Origin: Folioceros fuciformis
Taxonomy: Eukaryota
Reading direction: 5' to 3'
Length of the DNA: 46,201 bases
Assembly: GCA_049999805.1 (NCBI GenBank)
Contig: JBNGIO010005751.1
Span: 1-46,201 of the forward strand
Shown: piece after piece, positions 23,441-35,883 of the stretch
Numbering within the stretch: the stretch's first letter is position 1
Layout: the number at the start of each line of letters is the position of its first letter
Position numbers and translations under genes: made by a program
Notes under the pieces: generated by a model
Databases searched by the model: none
Seen by the model: the letters and a program-made list of their open reading frames with translations, nothing else
What the model was told of the DNA's origin: nothing

Positions 23441-23968
23441 TCACGTAAAGATATCATTTGATTTACAAGAAGGCTGGGAAGTACTCTCCAACGCCATAGG
23501 TGCAACACAAGTATCTAGTGGCTTTATAGACGAATATCTTAACAAACATCCTCTTACATTGTAAGTACCAGCTCTTGGCACTCCTTCACAAGCTCTATAC
23601 AACAATTCATGTTTAGCTACCGTTAGACAATATTGACACTGTGGTGCTGTTTTCAAGGACACTGATCTCTCTGGAAAACAACTCACAACACCCCATATAT
23701 TTAGCCCAGATGAACTCCAATAATGAGCATAATATGGAAGCGCCCCTGGAATATCAAATCTTCTACCCCCTGCAACAACAAGCAAGTCTAAGGTCTTATC
23801 GAGATACACAGCCAGAGCATCTCCAGGATTCATGCCATACCCACATTGTAATGAGTTCAAGGACAAATCTATGGGGTTCACTAAAGCTGCAAAGGGCAAC
23901 TTGAAATGATAAATTATCACAAGAATTAATAAAGATATGTGCTTAAATCCACTGCTTAGATTGAACAT
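23441..23968 (-). CDS. Secreted single-domain Gnk2/DUF26 cysteine-rich protein (175 aa, intronless)
   Basis: Hydrophobic N-terminal leader, then C..WGVVSC-x13-CQYCL..C...RA.....GCLLRYS, the DUF26 layout with a lengthened C-X8-C spacer; AT-rich. Confidence 0.75.
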   Translation of the reverse strand: MFNLSSGFKHISLLILVIIYHFKLPFAALVNPIDLSLNSLQCGYGMNPGDALAVYLDKTLDLLVVAGGRRFDIPGALPYYAHYWSSSGLNIWGVVSCFPERSVSLKTAPQCQYCLTVAKHELLYRACEGVPRAGTYNVRGCLLRYSSIKPLDTCVAPMALESTSQPSCKSNDIFT

Positions 23969-24626
23969 GTTGTAAAGTCTCACTCATCCAATAGAATCAT
24001 GCAAGTAAGTGTCTCTTGGGTCTTGGGAAACTCGTCACATGGAGTTTAAGATGCAAAATTCATGCAAAGCACTTCTTGGGTGGAAGCCTAATGTTGTAAT
24101 CACAGGCTCTTGTGACTTCAGCTTTGTTTTTTGTTACAAGGGATGTTTGTTTGATGTTTATAGACTGATGATATATTGTTAAGAATTTTATTGAACATAT
24201 GTATAATATGTGTTCTAATTTATACATAAGAGAAAATTTGAAGGGATTTTATTATAAGAAATATGATGGAAATCCCAGCTATTCGAAGAACAAACAAATG
24301 GGAACAATCCAATGCAGGATACCATGCCATGGAGGAATAGAGAAGAATATGTGAATCTATATTATTCACTCAAAGAGGTAATATAATATATGTTGTTTAT
24401 TTTGTCCACTTCACATGTCAGTTGTTGACTAGAAAAGAGAGAGAAACTTTGACCTCATGAAGATATGTGTTTTTAAGCTAAGCACATGTTATATTTGAAG
24501 GTTGCTGCATTACGTGAATATAATTGTTAATTAGTGTTTTATTAACATATTCATGACAATAATTGAGATGATCAAGTATGATAAGTTCAAGGAGTTGAAG
24601 CCCATATAAAACGTGTTACTCAAAGG

Positions 24627-25204
24627 GTATATTCTGCAAAGATATTTTCTAGAATATAGATCTTAATTTAGAATAATTGAAAAGAATTTTGAGCGAGTAT
24701 CTTTGAAACGTGTTTTAAAATGGTCAATAGAAATTACCAAGAAACCCACTCTGGATAGAGTTAGGGTTTGGTTTGAATTTGTGATTTTTTTTTCTTGAAT
24801 TATCGTTGTATATTCTAGATGGAAATGAACAGACACTTAAGTGTGTATATATTTTTAATTTTGAGAATATTAAAAAAAATAAAAATAAATAAATTATTAT
24901 ATGTATAGTAGGTAGATGGAACTCTCAAATATAAGTCCCACTTTTCATATTTTTTTTCTTTCCTAATTTGAATGTGGAAGGGTGGGTTGAAATCCATTGG
25001 CGGCTTAACCTGGTATCGTGTGGTGTCTTTTGAAGTTGCGTGATATTTATATTACATGGACTGTGTAGGAATAGACTGTTGTTTTTTGTGGAACGCTTAG
25101 TTATCGAATTTGTCCAGCGTCGTTCGCCTGGCTGGAGAAGGAGATGGAATCTGGAAGCAGGACAGATAGGTAGGTGGCTCGGACCCATTTGTGTATGTAT
25201 ATGC
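24627..25204 (+). promoter_or_regulatory. Three P1BS-type motifs upstream of the UBC23/PHO2-like gene
   Basis: GTATATTC at 24627-24634 and 24808-24815, GTATATGC at 25197-25204. AT-rich context raises the chance rate. Confidence 0.35.
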
Positions 25205-25620
25205 ATGTGCTACACGGCATGTCCTTTTTTTGAAAGGTCCTTGGCTGGGTATAGGGGGGTATAACTGGAGTTTTATTGGAGTGGCAGAACCATCTGGTTG
25301 GCAATGCGTTTCATGTGCGAGCCCGGACTGGTGAGAATGAGCTGAATGGTGCCGCCGGTCCAATCAGTGACAGGGGCTAGGGTTGAGTTGAGGCAGCGGT
25401 CGCACGCAGTTGGGATGATCCGAGTCCGGGATCGTGGAAGTAGAATCACAAGCGCATGTGCGAGTGGGTGTGGAAGCTGATTCCAGCTGTAGTGTTGAGT
25501 AGTTGGAAGGGCGGGCTGCTGCCTATGAGCATCGATCGGGTTTGAAGAGGCGTCTGTTGGTAACTGAGGAGTTGCCTCCTTATATATCTGGATCGGCTCG
25601 GGGGAAGGCGGATAGGGGTG

Positions 25621-28371
25621 ATGGCAGACGAGGACCTGCATCGGCTGCTGTCCGTGTCCAACGTGTTTCGGGAGGATCTGGTGCAGCTCGTGTCTCAGCC
25701 AGATTTGAGGGGCCTGGTGATGCATGTGGCCGGGGCCTCTGATTCTGACGCTGACACGGAATATGACGACGAGGAGGATCTGAGCCTGACGCCTCTGGGC
25801 TCCGCTCGGATCTGCTGGCTCAATTCTGAAGGCCAGCATCCCAAGGACGTGAGAATGGATGATGTCCGGGTCCTGGACCGCGCTTTTATGCACGGTGACC
25901 GTGTGGCTTTGGCTTCAGATCCGTTAGGGCAGCTTGGGACGGTGTCGGATGTGGATCTCAGGGTTGATTTGGAAGGCGAGAAGGGCAACATTCTGACGGA
26001 CGTTGACAGCAAGAAGCTGAGACGGATCAGGCCGTTTGCACCTGGAAGTTTTGTGGTACAGGACTTTTGGGTCGGTCGCGTGGAGTTTGTCGAAGATAAC
26101 GTCACCGTTCTGTTTGATGACGGTTCCAAGTCCAAAATCTTGAGGGCAGATCCTGAACTAATCCAACCTGTGGCCGTCGATCCGATGCACGATGATGACT
26201 ACCCATTCTACCCGGGGCAGAGGGTCAAGGCTGTTACTCCTGGTCTGTTCAGGCAGTCTAGATGGATGAGGGGGAAAAGTAAGAAATCACTTGGGGTTGT
26301 TATTGATGTGGAGGCTTCAACTGTTTCGGTGGATTGGGTTGGAGCCGGAAATGCTCCTTCGACTGCATCTCGGCCTCCCCCTGCGCCACAGCAAAATCCC
26401 AAGTCTCTCTTGCCACTCACCTATTTCTCTTACACGGAGTGGCAGATTGGAGATCGGACGCTGCCTCCTGCGGATGAGACCACTTCGCTGGAGAATGACT
26501 TACCAGATGAGCTGCTGGATGATAGCGAGGATCGTCCGCAGTCGTCTGGATCGGGTGTTGGGAAAACGCCAGCAGAAGGTGCAGCACCAGAGGTGAGGTC
26601 ATGTCGTAAGGCAACTTTAAAGCCACGGCGTCTGAAGCTGGATCCCAAGATCAAGTTGCCAAGGAGGGATGAGCCTTCGGACAGTGGCTCACGGGAGGAG
26701 GTGTGTGAGTATGCCCTTCGTGTGGTGAACACCAAGACTACTGTGGATGTGATCTGGCAAGATGGGACTACGAGCTCTGGACTAGATACTTACTTGCTTG
26801 TCCCAAAGGACAACTTCGGTGACCATGAATTCTTCCCGGAAGAGTATGTCATTGAAAGGGGATCTGATGGTGAAGGGGTGGAGATGGATTCTCGAAGGGT
26901 TGGTGTTGTACAGAGCGTGGACTCTAGAGAGCGCACAGCTAAAGTGCGGTGGCTCAAGCCAAGTTGTTTACGCAAGAGTGTCGTTCCGCTAGGGGAAGCA
27001 CGTGAGTGGGATATTGAGGAGGTCGTCAGCTGTTACGAGTTGTTTGAGCATCCAGAGTACAGCTACAGCTTAGGTGATGTGGTTGTACGGCTAGCTCCCG
27101 ACTCCTCTGACCAGGGTGCCACTGGGTATCATGGGGTTGGTACGAGGAGAGGAAAGCCTTGGCAAGCACCTGCAGACCTGCGTGGCCTATCATGGGTTGG
27201 GTCTATTATTGGTCTTCAGGGGGGTGATATACAAGTAGCTTGGTTGAATGGCTCAGTGTCAATGGTGGAGCCGCGAGAGGTCATTACCCTTAGCCGTGGC
27301 GAGGATGGTTCTTCAGCGTATGACAACGACTCTGAGGCCTATGATGGGGAAGGGGTTGAAGATGATTCCAGCAGCTGGGAGACTGCAAAGTCTAGTGATG
27401 TAGCAGTGCTAGCAGACATCAAAGAATTTGATTCGCAGGTAGACGCCCCTGAAATATTTCAAGATGTCCTTGAGGGAGAGCAGGAAAGGGGCTCCGAAGG
27501 AGAGCTTGAAAATGATTTGCCAAGAGATAATGGAAGTAGTTTGCAGACTTCAGGAGTTAAGGAAGATGGCTTCAGGCATTTTGATAGTGTTACAGATGCT
27601 TCGGACCATAAGTACTTATCCGAGCTTGGCCAGCTATCTAATCAGAAAAAGTGGCTAAAGAGAGTGCAGCAGGAATGGGCCCTCCTGGAGCAAAATCTTC
27701 CAGACACGATTTTTGTGAGAGTTTATGAGGATCGAATGGATTTGCTAAGAGCTGTGATTGTGGGTGTGAGTGGAACCCCATACCATGGAGGATTATTTGT
27801 TTTTGACCTTTTTCTCCCCCCTGACTTTCCAGCGTTACCCCCTGTGGCCTATTATCACTCTGGTGGCCTAAGACTGAATCCAAACCTGTACGAGAACGGA
27901 AAGGTGTGCCTCAGTCTGCTTAATACTTGGACGGGAACTGGAATTGAAGTTTGGAATCCGAAAACTTCCTCTATATTACAGGTTCTTCTTTCAATTCAGG
28001 CATTGGTGCTGAATGAGAAGCCATATTTCAATGAGGCGGGCTATGATAGGCAGGTGGGAACCGCGGAAGGAGAAAAGAACTCTCTCATCTACAATGAGAA
28101 TGCTTTCCTGTTGTGCTGTAAAACCATGCTCTATCAGCTACGTCGACCACCTCAGCATTTTGAAAAGCTTGTGAGGGACCACTATAGGTCGCAGGGACCT
28201 TACATTATTGAAGCATGCAATGCTTATTTGGCTGGGGCTCGTGTCGGTTCCCTTCCGGCGAATCGTACCAATAAAGGTGTTACCGAAGAAAGCTCGGCTG
28301 GATTCAAGCTAATGCTAGCGAAGATGGTGCCAAAACTCCAAGAGGCATTTTCCCAGGTGGAAGATTTATGA
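25621..28371 (+). CDS. Large UBE2O-type ubiquitin-conjugating enzyme, UBC23/UBC24(PHO2) family (916 aa, intronless)
   Basis: N-terminal LDRAFMHGD, FYPGQRV, VDVIWQDG, HEFFPEEYV blocks; C-terminal UBC domain LLEQNLPDTIFVRVYEDRMDLLRAVIVG..LNPNLYENGKVCLSLLNTW with catalytic Cys. Confidence 0.93.
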   Translation: MADEDLHRLLSVSNVFREDLVQLVSQPDLRGLVMHVAGASDSDADTEYDDEEDLSLTPLGSARICWLNSEGQHPKDVRMDDVRVLDRAFMHGDRVALASDPLGQLGTVSDVDLRVDLEGEKGNILTDVDSKKLRRIRPFAPGSFVVQDFWVGRVEFVEDNVTVLFDDGSKSKILRADPELIQPVAVDPMHDDDYPFYPGQRVKAVTPGLFRQSRWMRGKSKKSLGVVIDVEASTVSVDWVGAGNAPSTASRPPPAPQQNPKSLLPLTYFSYTEWQIGDRTLPPADETTSLENDLPDELLDDSEDRPQSSGSGVGKTPAEGAAPEVRSCRKATLKPRRLKLDPKIKLPRRDEPSDSGSREEVCEYALRVVNTKTTVDVIWQDGTTSSGLDTYLLVPKDNFGDHEFFPEEYVIERGSDGEGVEMDSRRVGVVQSVDSRERTAKVRWLKPSCLRKSVVPLGEAREWDIEEVVSCYELFEHPEYSYSLGDVVVRLAPDSSDQGATGYHGVGTRRGKPWQAPADLRGLSWVGSIIGLQGGDIQVAWLNGSVSMVEPREVITLSRGEDGSSAYDNDSEAYDGEGVEDDSSSWETAKSSDVAVLADIKEFDSQVDAPEIFQDVLEGEQERGSEGELENDLPRDNGSSLQTSGVKEDGFRHFDSVTDASDHKYLSELGQLSNQKKWLKRVQQEWALLEQNLPDTIFVRVYEDRMDLLRAVIVGVSGTPYHGGLFVFDLFLPPDFPALPPVAYYHSGGLRLNPNLYENGKVCLSLLNTWTGTGIEVWNPKTSSILQVLLSIQALVLNEKPYFNEAGYDRQVGTAEGEKNSLIYNENAFLLCCKTMLYQLRRPPQHFEKLVRDHYRSQGPYIIEACNAYLAGARVGSLPANRTNKGVTEESSAGFKLMLAKMVPKLQEAFSQVEDL

Positions 28372-28887
28372 CGAATTTCTTGCTGCAACTTTTGAGGATA
28401 GTCAGACAAAAAAAGCCCATCTTGCAGGTAGCAGAATTTGCTTTCTGTGCAGTGTTGGGAAGCTGCTAATCACGGCTCGCGAGCAGTACCGCGAACTCGG
28501 GACCCTGGAATTTTCTGTTCACCGTTTTTGATCTAATTTCACCACTCGAAGAGTTGCAATTCTTACCGTACGAACAGTTGTTGAATAACCTGAAATGTTT
28601 ACATTGAATATTTCCACAACAAACCAAATTCCAGATTGTTCCTCAAAAGAACAGAAGTTTCGACCATCTTATCCCCGGGCTACACCAAAAGCTGGATCTT
28701 AAAATGCAGTCGCACACTACAGGATGATGAAACAGGAAGCGAATGCTTAGGCTGCAGGAACGTAAACCATGGCGAAGGAGATTGAGGTTCCCTGCCTGCA
28801 GATGATGAAACCCTTAGAACCCAAGCAACTAGCAGTTTCAGTCAAAAATTGAACCTGAGCTACCGGTCAGCCCAAGGTATAACAGGC

Positions 28888-31679
28888 CTACAGCTTGTCC
28901 TCGAACTCAGACAAGGGGGTCACGGTTTCTTTCAACCCCTTGCGTTTCCTGATGGTCAAAACCAGTTGTCCCGAAGGACTTGTGGCGTCCAGAGGGTCGG
29001 TGTTCATCAGGTCCCAATGATCGAACACACACTGCGGGAACGCCTGCCCAGATGTAGCCGCTCTCAATGCGCTGGAGAACCCAAAAGATTCGATGACGGG
29101 CAGATATGCCTTGATGTTGTACAGGGGAGTCCCCGGCCTCTGAACCTCCTCGAACACATGACCACGCTTCTGGTTCAGACAACCATAGATGCCACCCAGA
29201 GCCTGCTCGGGTGCCTGAATTTCCACAAGGTACACTGGTTCCAGCAGACGCGGCTTTGCAGTCAACATGGCAGCATACATCACCCTCCTCGCTGTGGGAA
29301 TGATCTGCCCACCACCTCTGTGGATAGCGTCCGTGTGCAGCACCACATCGCACACCTCGAAGGCAATGCCACGCATGTTCTCGTCTGCAAGAGCACCTTC
29401 CTTCGACGCCCACTGGAATGCAGCCACAACAGAATCCTTGATTTCATTCAGATACTGCACTCCCTTGCACATGTCCACCACAATGTTCGGTCCTGTCGTC
29501 TCCGGTCCAAAACACCAGATCTTCTTTGCCAGGTCCTTATCCCACCCATACTCCTCCGCCAAGATCCTGCTCCTCACCTTCGGGTCATCACGAGGTCCGA
29601 TCTTACCATCATCGATGGCCTCCGCCAGCCCTTCCTCCAGGGGACGGGCCTCGAAGTACAGCCTGTTATGCTTGTTCGGGGACTTGCTCATCACCACACG
29701 ACATGACTTCTCCAGCACGGTTTCACGGAACGACACCACCGGGGGTGACACCACTATCTCAGCCCCTCCCATGAAGTCCTCTTGCAGATCCTTCAGACAG
29801 ATTTCCAGGTGCAGCTCACCGGCTCCTGCAATGATGTGCTCCCCAGACTCCTCAATCATCGTCAACACCATCGGGTCAGACTTTGCCAACCGCTTCAATC
29901 CTTCCACAAGCTTCGGCAAATCGGAAGCCACCTTGCACTGAACTGCCACTCGCACCACTGGAGACACCGAGAACTTCATTGCCTTGATGGGGTGGGCGTC
30001 CGTTTCCTTCTCGTTCGTCAACGTCGCATTCTTTGTGATGAACTGGTCCAGACCAACTAGAGCAACTGTGTTCCCACATGGCACGTCCTCCACAGACTCC
30101 TGACGTCTCCCCATCCAAATCACAGTTCTCTGCACGCTCTTCGTGTACAGGTCCTTCTTCTGCCCTGGAATATAGTTCGGCCCCATGATCCTCACCTTCA
30201 TCCCTGTTGCCACCTTCCCAGCAAACACACGCCCGAACGCAAAGAACCGACCCTTGTCCGATGCAGGAATCATCTTCGACACATACAACATCAGGGGACC
30301 CTCGGGGTCGCAGTTCCTGATGGCATTCGCATACGCATCATCCAGAGGGCCCTCGTACAGGTTCTCCACACGGTACTTCTGAGCCGTCGCTGGGGATGGC
30401 AGGTGAAATATCATCATCTCCAGCAACGCGTTGCTCGCTGGCAACCACGTCTGCATCACCCTCTTCATCAGAGGCTTCCCCATCAACTCCTTCTCATCAC
30501 CCTTCATCACCACCCCCAACTTCGCTAACATGGGCCACAGCTTGTCCTTCTGATCGTTCATGCAGATGTTGATGATCTGCTTGATCGGCTCGTAGATGAA
30601 CTGCACGAACCCACGCTGACACGTGTCCGAACCCGTATTCTTCGACGTCCACTTCCTCGTCTTCGGGTCGAAGTAGTTCTCACCCCAAAGCCTCTCCATC
30701 ATCTTCTTCTCATCCACCTGAAACTTCGCCGCATACATCTTCGCGAAGTTCGTCAGTGTGAACGCCCACCCGTGCAACCCCGCCGAGAATGCAACAGTCC
30801 CCTTCTCAGGGTACACTTGCACATCACCCAGCAGAGCATCCTCATACGTCGCCATGATCACATTCGCACTCTCAATCACACGCTGGAACGTCTGGTACGC
30901 CTCCTCCCCGTCCACCTGCAGCTCCAAAAAGCACCTGTCCATCTTGTTCACCGTCAAAACTGGCCTGATCCTCTCACCCAAAGCCTGCCTCAGCACAGTC
31001 TCCGTCTGCACGCACACACCCTCGATGCAGTCCACCACCACCAACGCTCCATCGGTAATCCGCAGTGCAGCCGTCACCTCCGAAGAGAAATCCACGTGCC
31101 CGGGAGAATCGATCAAGTTTATCAGGTAGTCATTCCCATCTCGCAATCCCGTGTAAGCCTTCAGCGACTCGTCCGCCATCTCATAGTACAAAGAGATACC
31201 GGTCGACTTGATCGTGATACCCCGCTCCGCCTCGTCGGCCCTGGTATCTGTCAACCGAACATCACCAGCCACTTCTTGCGCGATGATACCGGCTGCAGCC
31301 ACCAGGGAGTCTGTCAAAGTAGACTTGCCTGTAATCACAGCAAGTCACCACACCCGTCAGGACCAATCGCACGAACATGGCAACCATCTTCAGACATCAT
31401 CTCGGAGCTGGACACAACACATACCGTGGTCCACATGTGCAATCACAGACATGTTCCTGATATTATGCTTTTTGTCCATGATCCGCCGCAGCTCTTCTGC
31501 TGTAAACTTCACCTGCACATACACCAGCACCGGATGAGCTGAACCATCACACAACATCCCGGTCGATGAAACGGAAGCCGATTTACACCCCATTCCACCT
31601 CCACACCAACTGTATCCATTCATCTCAACCACTGAGACCAAACTGCACAAGCCAAAGAGATGGCAGAGCAAGCTACCAT
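28888..31679 (-). CDS. EEF2: Eukaryotic translation elongation factor 2 (843 aa)
   Basis: Exons 31679-31677 (ATG only), 31512-31425, 31328-28888. AHVDHGKS, RGITIKS, DSPGH, NKMD and diphthamide loop [11 protein letters not shown]. Confidence 0.98.
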
Positions 31680-31844
31680 CTTGACAAGCTGGTGAGATCC
31701 CGCCGACGACGAAACCAGCAAGGGACCGGGAGGGTTGCGCACAATTCAGCAGCAGCAGCAGAGGCAGCGTCTGAAGCTGCGGCCGCGGGACGGACAAAGG
31801 GCATACAGGTGTGACACTTCACTTTCTTCAAGGGCTCGTCGAGA

Positions 31845-31852
31845 TTAGGGTT
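31845..31852 (-). promoter_or_regulatory. Telo-box-like motif upstream of eEF2
   Basis: AACCCTAA on the minus strand about 170 bp upstream of the ATG; telo-boxes are typical of plant translation-machinery promoters. Confidence 0.5.
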
Positions 31853-32894
31853 CGCCTCCAAGCCGCTCGTTGCGTCCTCCGAATATCCTCCTCTATTATG
31901 CTTCAAATCCCAAGGTAGGCATATCTCTCAATGTGTCATTTTTTTTAACTGAAATTCGAGATTTGATGTATGTACTTAGATATTTCAAGCTATACATCAA
32001 AGGGGCGTGCCGAAGACTGTTACGGAGAAATCGCTTGGAGCATTCACAATTGGAGTAAGATCATTTTCCTTGCATTACATAAATACATCTAAAATAACTC
32101 CTGCTCGTGGTACGAGTGACTCCTTAGCCCGTATCGAAAACATATCCCTGCAAGGCTGTGGGCTCACGTAAACACAGCGGCTTTATTGCCCTAGCCACCA
32201 CTCGAAACCCTATCCTTACCTTCTTTCTCCGCAAGCTCACATTAAAGCTTTTTGTTGTTGTTGTTGTGCTATGCTTTTGTGGAGTGCCCTCCTCCAAGCT
32301 TGCATTGTTATGGGAGACATTGCACATTGTACTCCAAGTGTAAGCCATTTCTCCACTTTCTTCAAGTCATTTCTGTTTGCTTCTTGTGAAACAACTATCT
32401 TTGTCTCACTCCATGTAAGATATGCATCACAAACTTGAGCTGAAGGTATACAATAGGTTGGAATGGGAATGTCCAGGTGCTGCAGGTCCACATCAAATTG
32501 GAAGAGACAGATATTAACCCAAATGGTTATAGGGGGTGTTCACTAGGGCGGATCGATGGAAATGCACCCCCTTAAGCTAGAAGAAAATCCAGTGGTGCAT
32601 GTAGCTGAAAGCAGGTATTAAAAAACATAATTTGATCTAAACTGGATGGTAAGTTAAGCAAGGAAGTTCTTGAGAAGTGTGTGAGATGGTCCTGGATGCG
32701 GTGTGTGGAAAGGTATCCAACTTGCAAGCACTTCGAACGAGGAATGAGGCTGTAATCTGTAGGAAAATTGTAGACTTTAGAGGTTCCTACAAACACAGCA
32801 ATTGCGGAATGGAGCACGGAGCGTTCACCTTTGATAACTCTGGATCAAACCTGTTGCTACCGTTTGTTCTCATCGGGATCCAATCCCGTTGCTA

Positions 32895-34666
32895 CTATTT
32901 CTTGTCATTCGGACGTGACACCAGGCTTGTTTCAGATTGTGGAACTCGTTTTCGCTTCTGCAAATTGACCATGAGTCCATCCTTGATAAACAATGTGAGA
33001 GAGAGTCGATACTTGACTGTGTGGTTCGGTTGCACCCTGACATGGTAATGGCGGAGGATGGTGGCAGCCAAGCTCTTCATCTGCAGGTAAGCCATGCGCT
33101 TGCCTAAGCACAACCGAGGCCCGGCGTTGAACACAGCAAATTTGTACGGGTTTTGTGACCGAAAGGCGCCCTTGCGAAGCCACCGCTCGGGCTTGAACTC
33201 CCGGCAGTCGGGGCCCCATATCTGAGGCATTCTGGCCATGGAGTAGAGGGAGTAGTAGACACGGTATCCCGCCGGAACATGCGTCCCGTCCGGCAGGATG
33301 TCCGTGTTCGCCGCGTACTTCATGTCGACTGGAACTGGCGGGAACAGCCTGAGAGACTCGGACAGAGCTGCGTGAAGAAAATGCATCCGCTTTAGCTCCT
33401 CGGGGGTGAAGGCATCGGAGTAATCAGATTCAGCTTCCACCGATGCATCTGCTGTCGGAAAGGCTTCTTCCCGCTTGTCGTCTGCAGTCTGCTCAATCTC
33501 ATCTGTACATGAATTAGGAAATGGTTCTTGCTCCACACTGGAGAACTTGTCATCAGCGTTTCGGGAACGGAGGATTTCCGCAATCTCTTGGAGAATTTTC
33601 TGCTCCGTTTCCGGGTGAGTATTCACCAGCCAGAAAAACCAGGAAAGAGCTACTGCGGATGTGTCCCTGCCTGCAAGAATGAAGTTGATGATAACGTCCC
33701 GGAGAAACGCATCCGAGTAAGGCTTGCCGTTGGAATCGCGCAGCAGCATGAAACGGGAGAGCAGGTCGGTGTGCTTGGACGATGCCGAGCCCGATGTCTG
33801 AAGCAATTTCCGGGATTGGATGACCCCGGCAGCGAAGTCGTTCACAATTCGTGTCGCAGAAGTCACTTCGCTCTCTTGTCCTAGCCTGAGCAGCCTCTTG
33901 GCCTTCCACAACAAGGGTGGAACAAGGAAGCGGCTGGTGCTGACCTCGGTGAGGTGGTTCATGGCTGCCGCAAACGGTACCTCCGCCAGCTCAGTAGTCA
34001 GAGAACGCGGGTCCACTCCGCAGGTCACCATGCACACATTGTCGAAGGTGTAGCGGAGCAAGACATCCTGCAGAGGCACAGGCGAAGCGATGTGGTCAGG
34101 CCCTGGAGTACAACTTCGCACCGAAGGGAAAACAAAAATGTGGATGACGCGATTCAAACCTGGAGATCAAACGTCTGTCCTCGGCTGGCAAAGTGGTGCA
34201 GCACGGGCATCAAGCGTGATTTCACTCCCTCGGTCACGGAATGTGCCACGGACTCTGTCATGGCAGGGGACTCAAACTCCACGGCAGCCACCCGCCTTTG
34301 CATGTTCCACTGCTCGTCATCCGAGTTGAAAATGCCATGCCCTAGCAGCTCTTGACAAGATGCTAGAACAGGAGGTCCCTTTGGGTAGTCCTTGAAGGAG
34401 GACTTGGTGATATGCTCCACGTTCTCCGGGCTGCACGTCATTATTGCATTCATGGACGGCACCCAGGGTACGACCGCGGAGTAAGTCATGTCGAAGCGCA
34501 GGAGCAAATCAGTAATCCAGTCGTAGAACCTGTCGTGATTCGCCCATGCCTCGAGCGTGGATCCAAGGATTGGCCACAGAGTTGGCCCCCTGACTCGCCA
34601 GTAGCGAATCCAATGGTGCGTCACGAAGGCTAGAATGCAAGCTACGATGACAATGAGCACAGCCAT
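32895..34666 (-). CDS. Cytochrome P450, CYP86 clan (fatty-acid omega-hydroxylase-like), about 559 aa
   Basis: Exons 34666-34160 and 34067-32895 (intron after DLQ). N-terminal TM, YPKG, LGHGIFNSD, FILAGRDTS, ESLRLFPPVP, FKPERWL, heme motif FNAGPRLCLGK. Confidence 0.93.
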
Positions 34667-35883
34667 TGTGCAGGCTCCTGCCTGCAGAGGACCAGCCAGA
34701 GCTGTGTAGCCTCCTCCAGGCTAGATCGCGTCAAGGTGAGCGCAGCAATCTGGTCCAGTGCATTTATGCTGGCTCTTGAGCGGACTTCAAAGGCGAGCCA
34801 TGTCAGGTACGTATGTACATTTTTACGTCTGAAAGCTCACCGGCATGGTTGAATAATAGTTTACAAACGTTGAGTGTTTTTAAATACGCTTTGTACAGGA
34901 GACATGACGAAGCTTCTTCCACAGGACATGAAACCTCTCAATACGACACCACACATGCACGTATCACGGAACATGTGAGGACCTTGATGAAGCACAGATT
35001 GGTCTTCCTGCTTCCAGGATCAGTCACATTGACATTACTATGCCTTGCATGTAACAAGTTGATGAGAGAACTGTTGAACACCTTGCATCAAAGCTGGCAG
35101 CATATGACCAGGGACTCACGAGATTCTGCAACTGACTGCAACTACTCCAGTTCAAACTTAGCGGCCATTCATGGAGGTACTGCACGCATGCTTAATGATC
35201 GACCACGGAGCTAAGTAGCGGCCATTGATTATCCACAGTACCGCACCTGCAGCGTCCACACCTTTGATCATCGACAAAGCAGCTTTGCTGAATGCACCAA
35301 CCTGCAGTAGTCATGCTAAGTCGTCAAGGGTACCTTTGGCAGGCCAAGTCCTCCTGGGCAGAGGGCCAACTTTCTCACCAACTTCCTCCCGCGGTGAGTC
35401 CTGCAGTCTCTCACGGTCTCAACCACCTGTCCTAGCTGGACGGCCAGAGATCAAGCCGCCGTTGAAGCCGCCTACCGCAAGGACACGAAGGGATGCAGCG
35501 CGATCAGTCTTAACACCAGAACTGTCCTTCAGCCGAAACGCAACACTGGTCACTGGTGTGTACTGTATATATGTCTGTCTGGAGTTAAGACTTGGGTTAA
35601 ACTTTCACCGCTGAGAGTAGGGGTAATTTTGCTCAAGCCTCGACACCCGGATTGACGCAGCTTGGCTAGGGGGAGATTTCAGCTGCGCAACGAGATTAGG
35701 TTTCGCATCGAAGAATTTGGAGTCCTGTCTGAGTTCCGGTGTGAATTTTGCGCGTCACTGCGGTATGAGTTTTGAGAGATTCTTGTGGTTGCTGTGGGTC
35801 CTGTCTGTCGGGTTGGACTGCATTCGTTTATGTATGGTTGCTGATCTGGGTAATTTGGGGCAGAGCTCAACCAGCTGCAAGGG

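Noticed and set aside
24990..25620. miR399 target sites in the leader of the PHO2-like gene
   Set aside because: No good match to GGGCAAATCTCCTTTGGCA was seen; the nearest (ggcagaaccatctggttggca, ~25283) is too divergent.
28849..31542. Long plus-strand ORFs (285, 224, 256 aa and others)
   Set aside because: Antisense shadows of the codon-biased eEF2 CDS.
32531..32572. Hairpin agggggtg...caccccct
   Set aside because: Only 8-bp arms and no TSD or second copy to support a MITE call.
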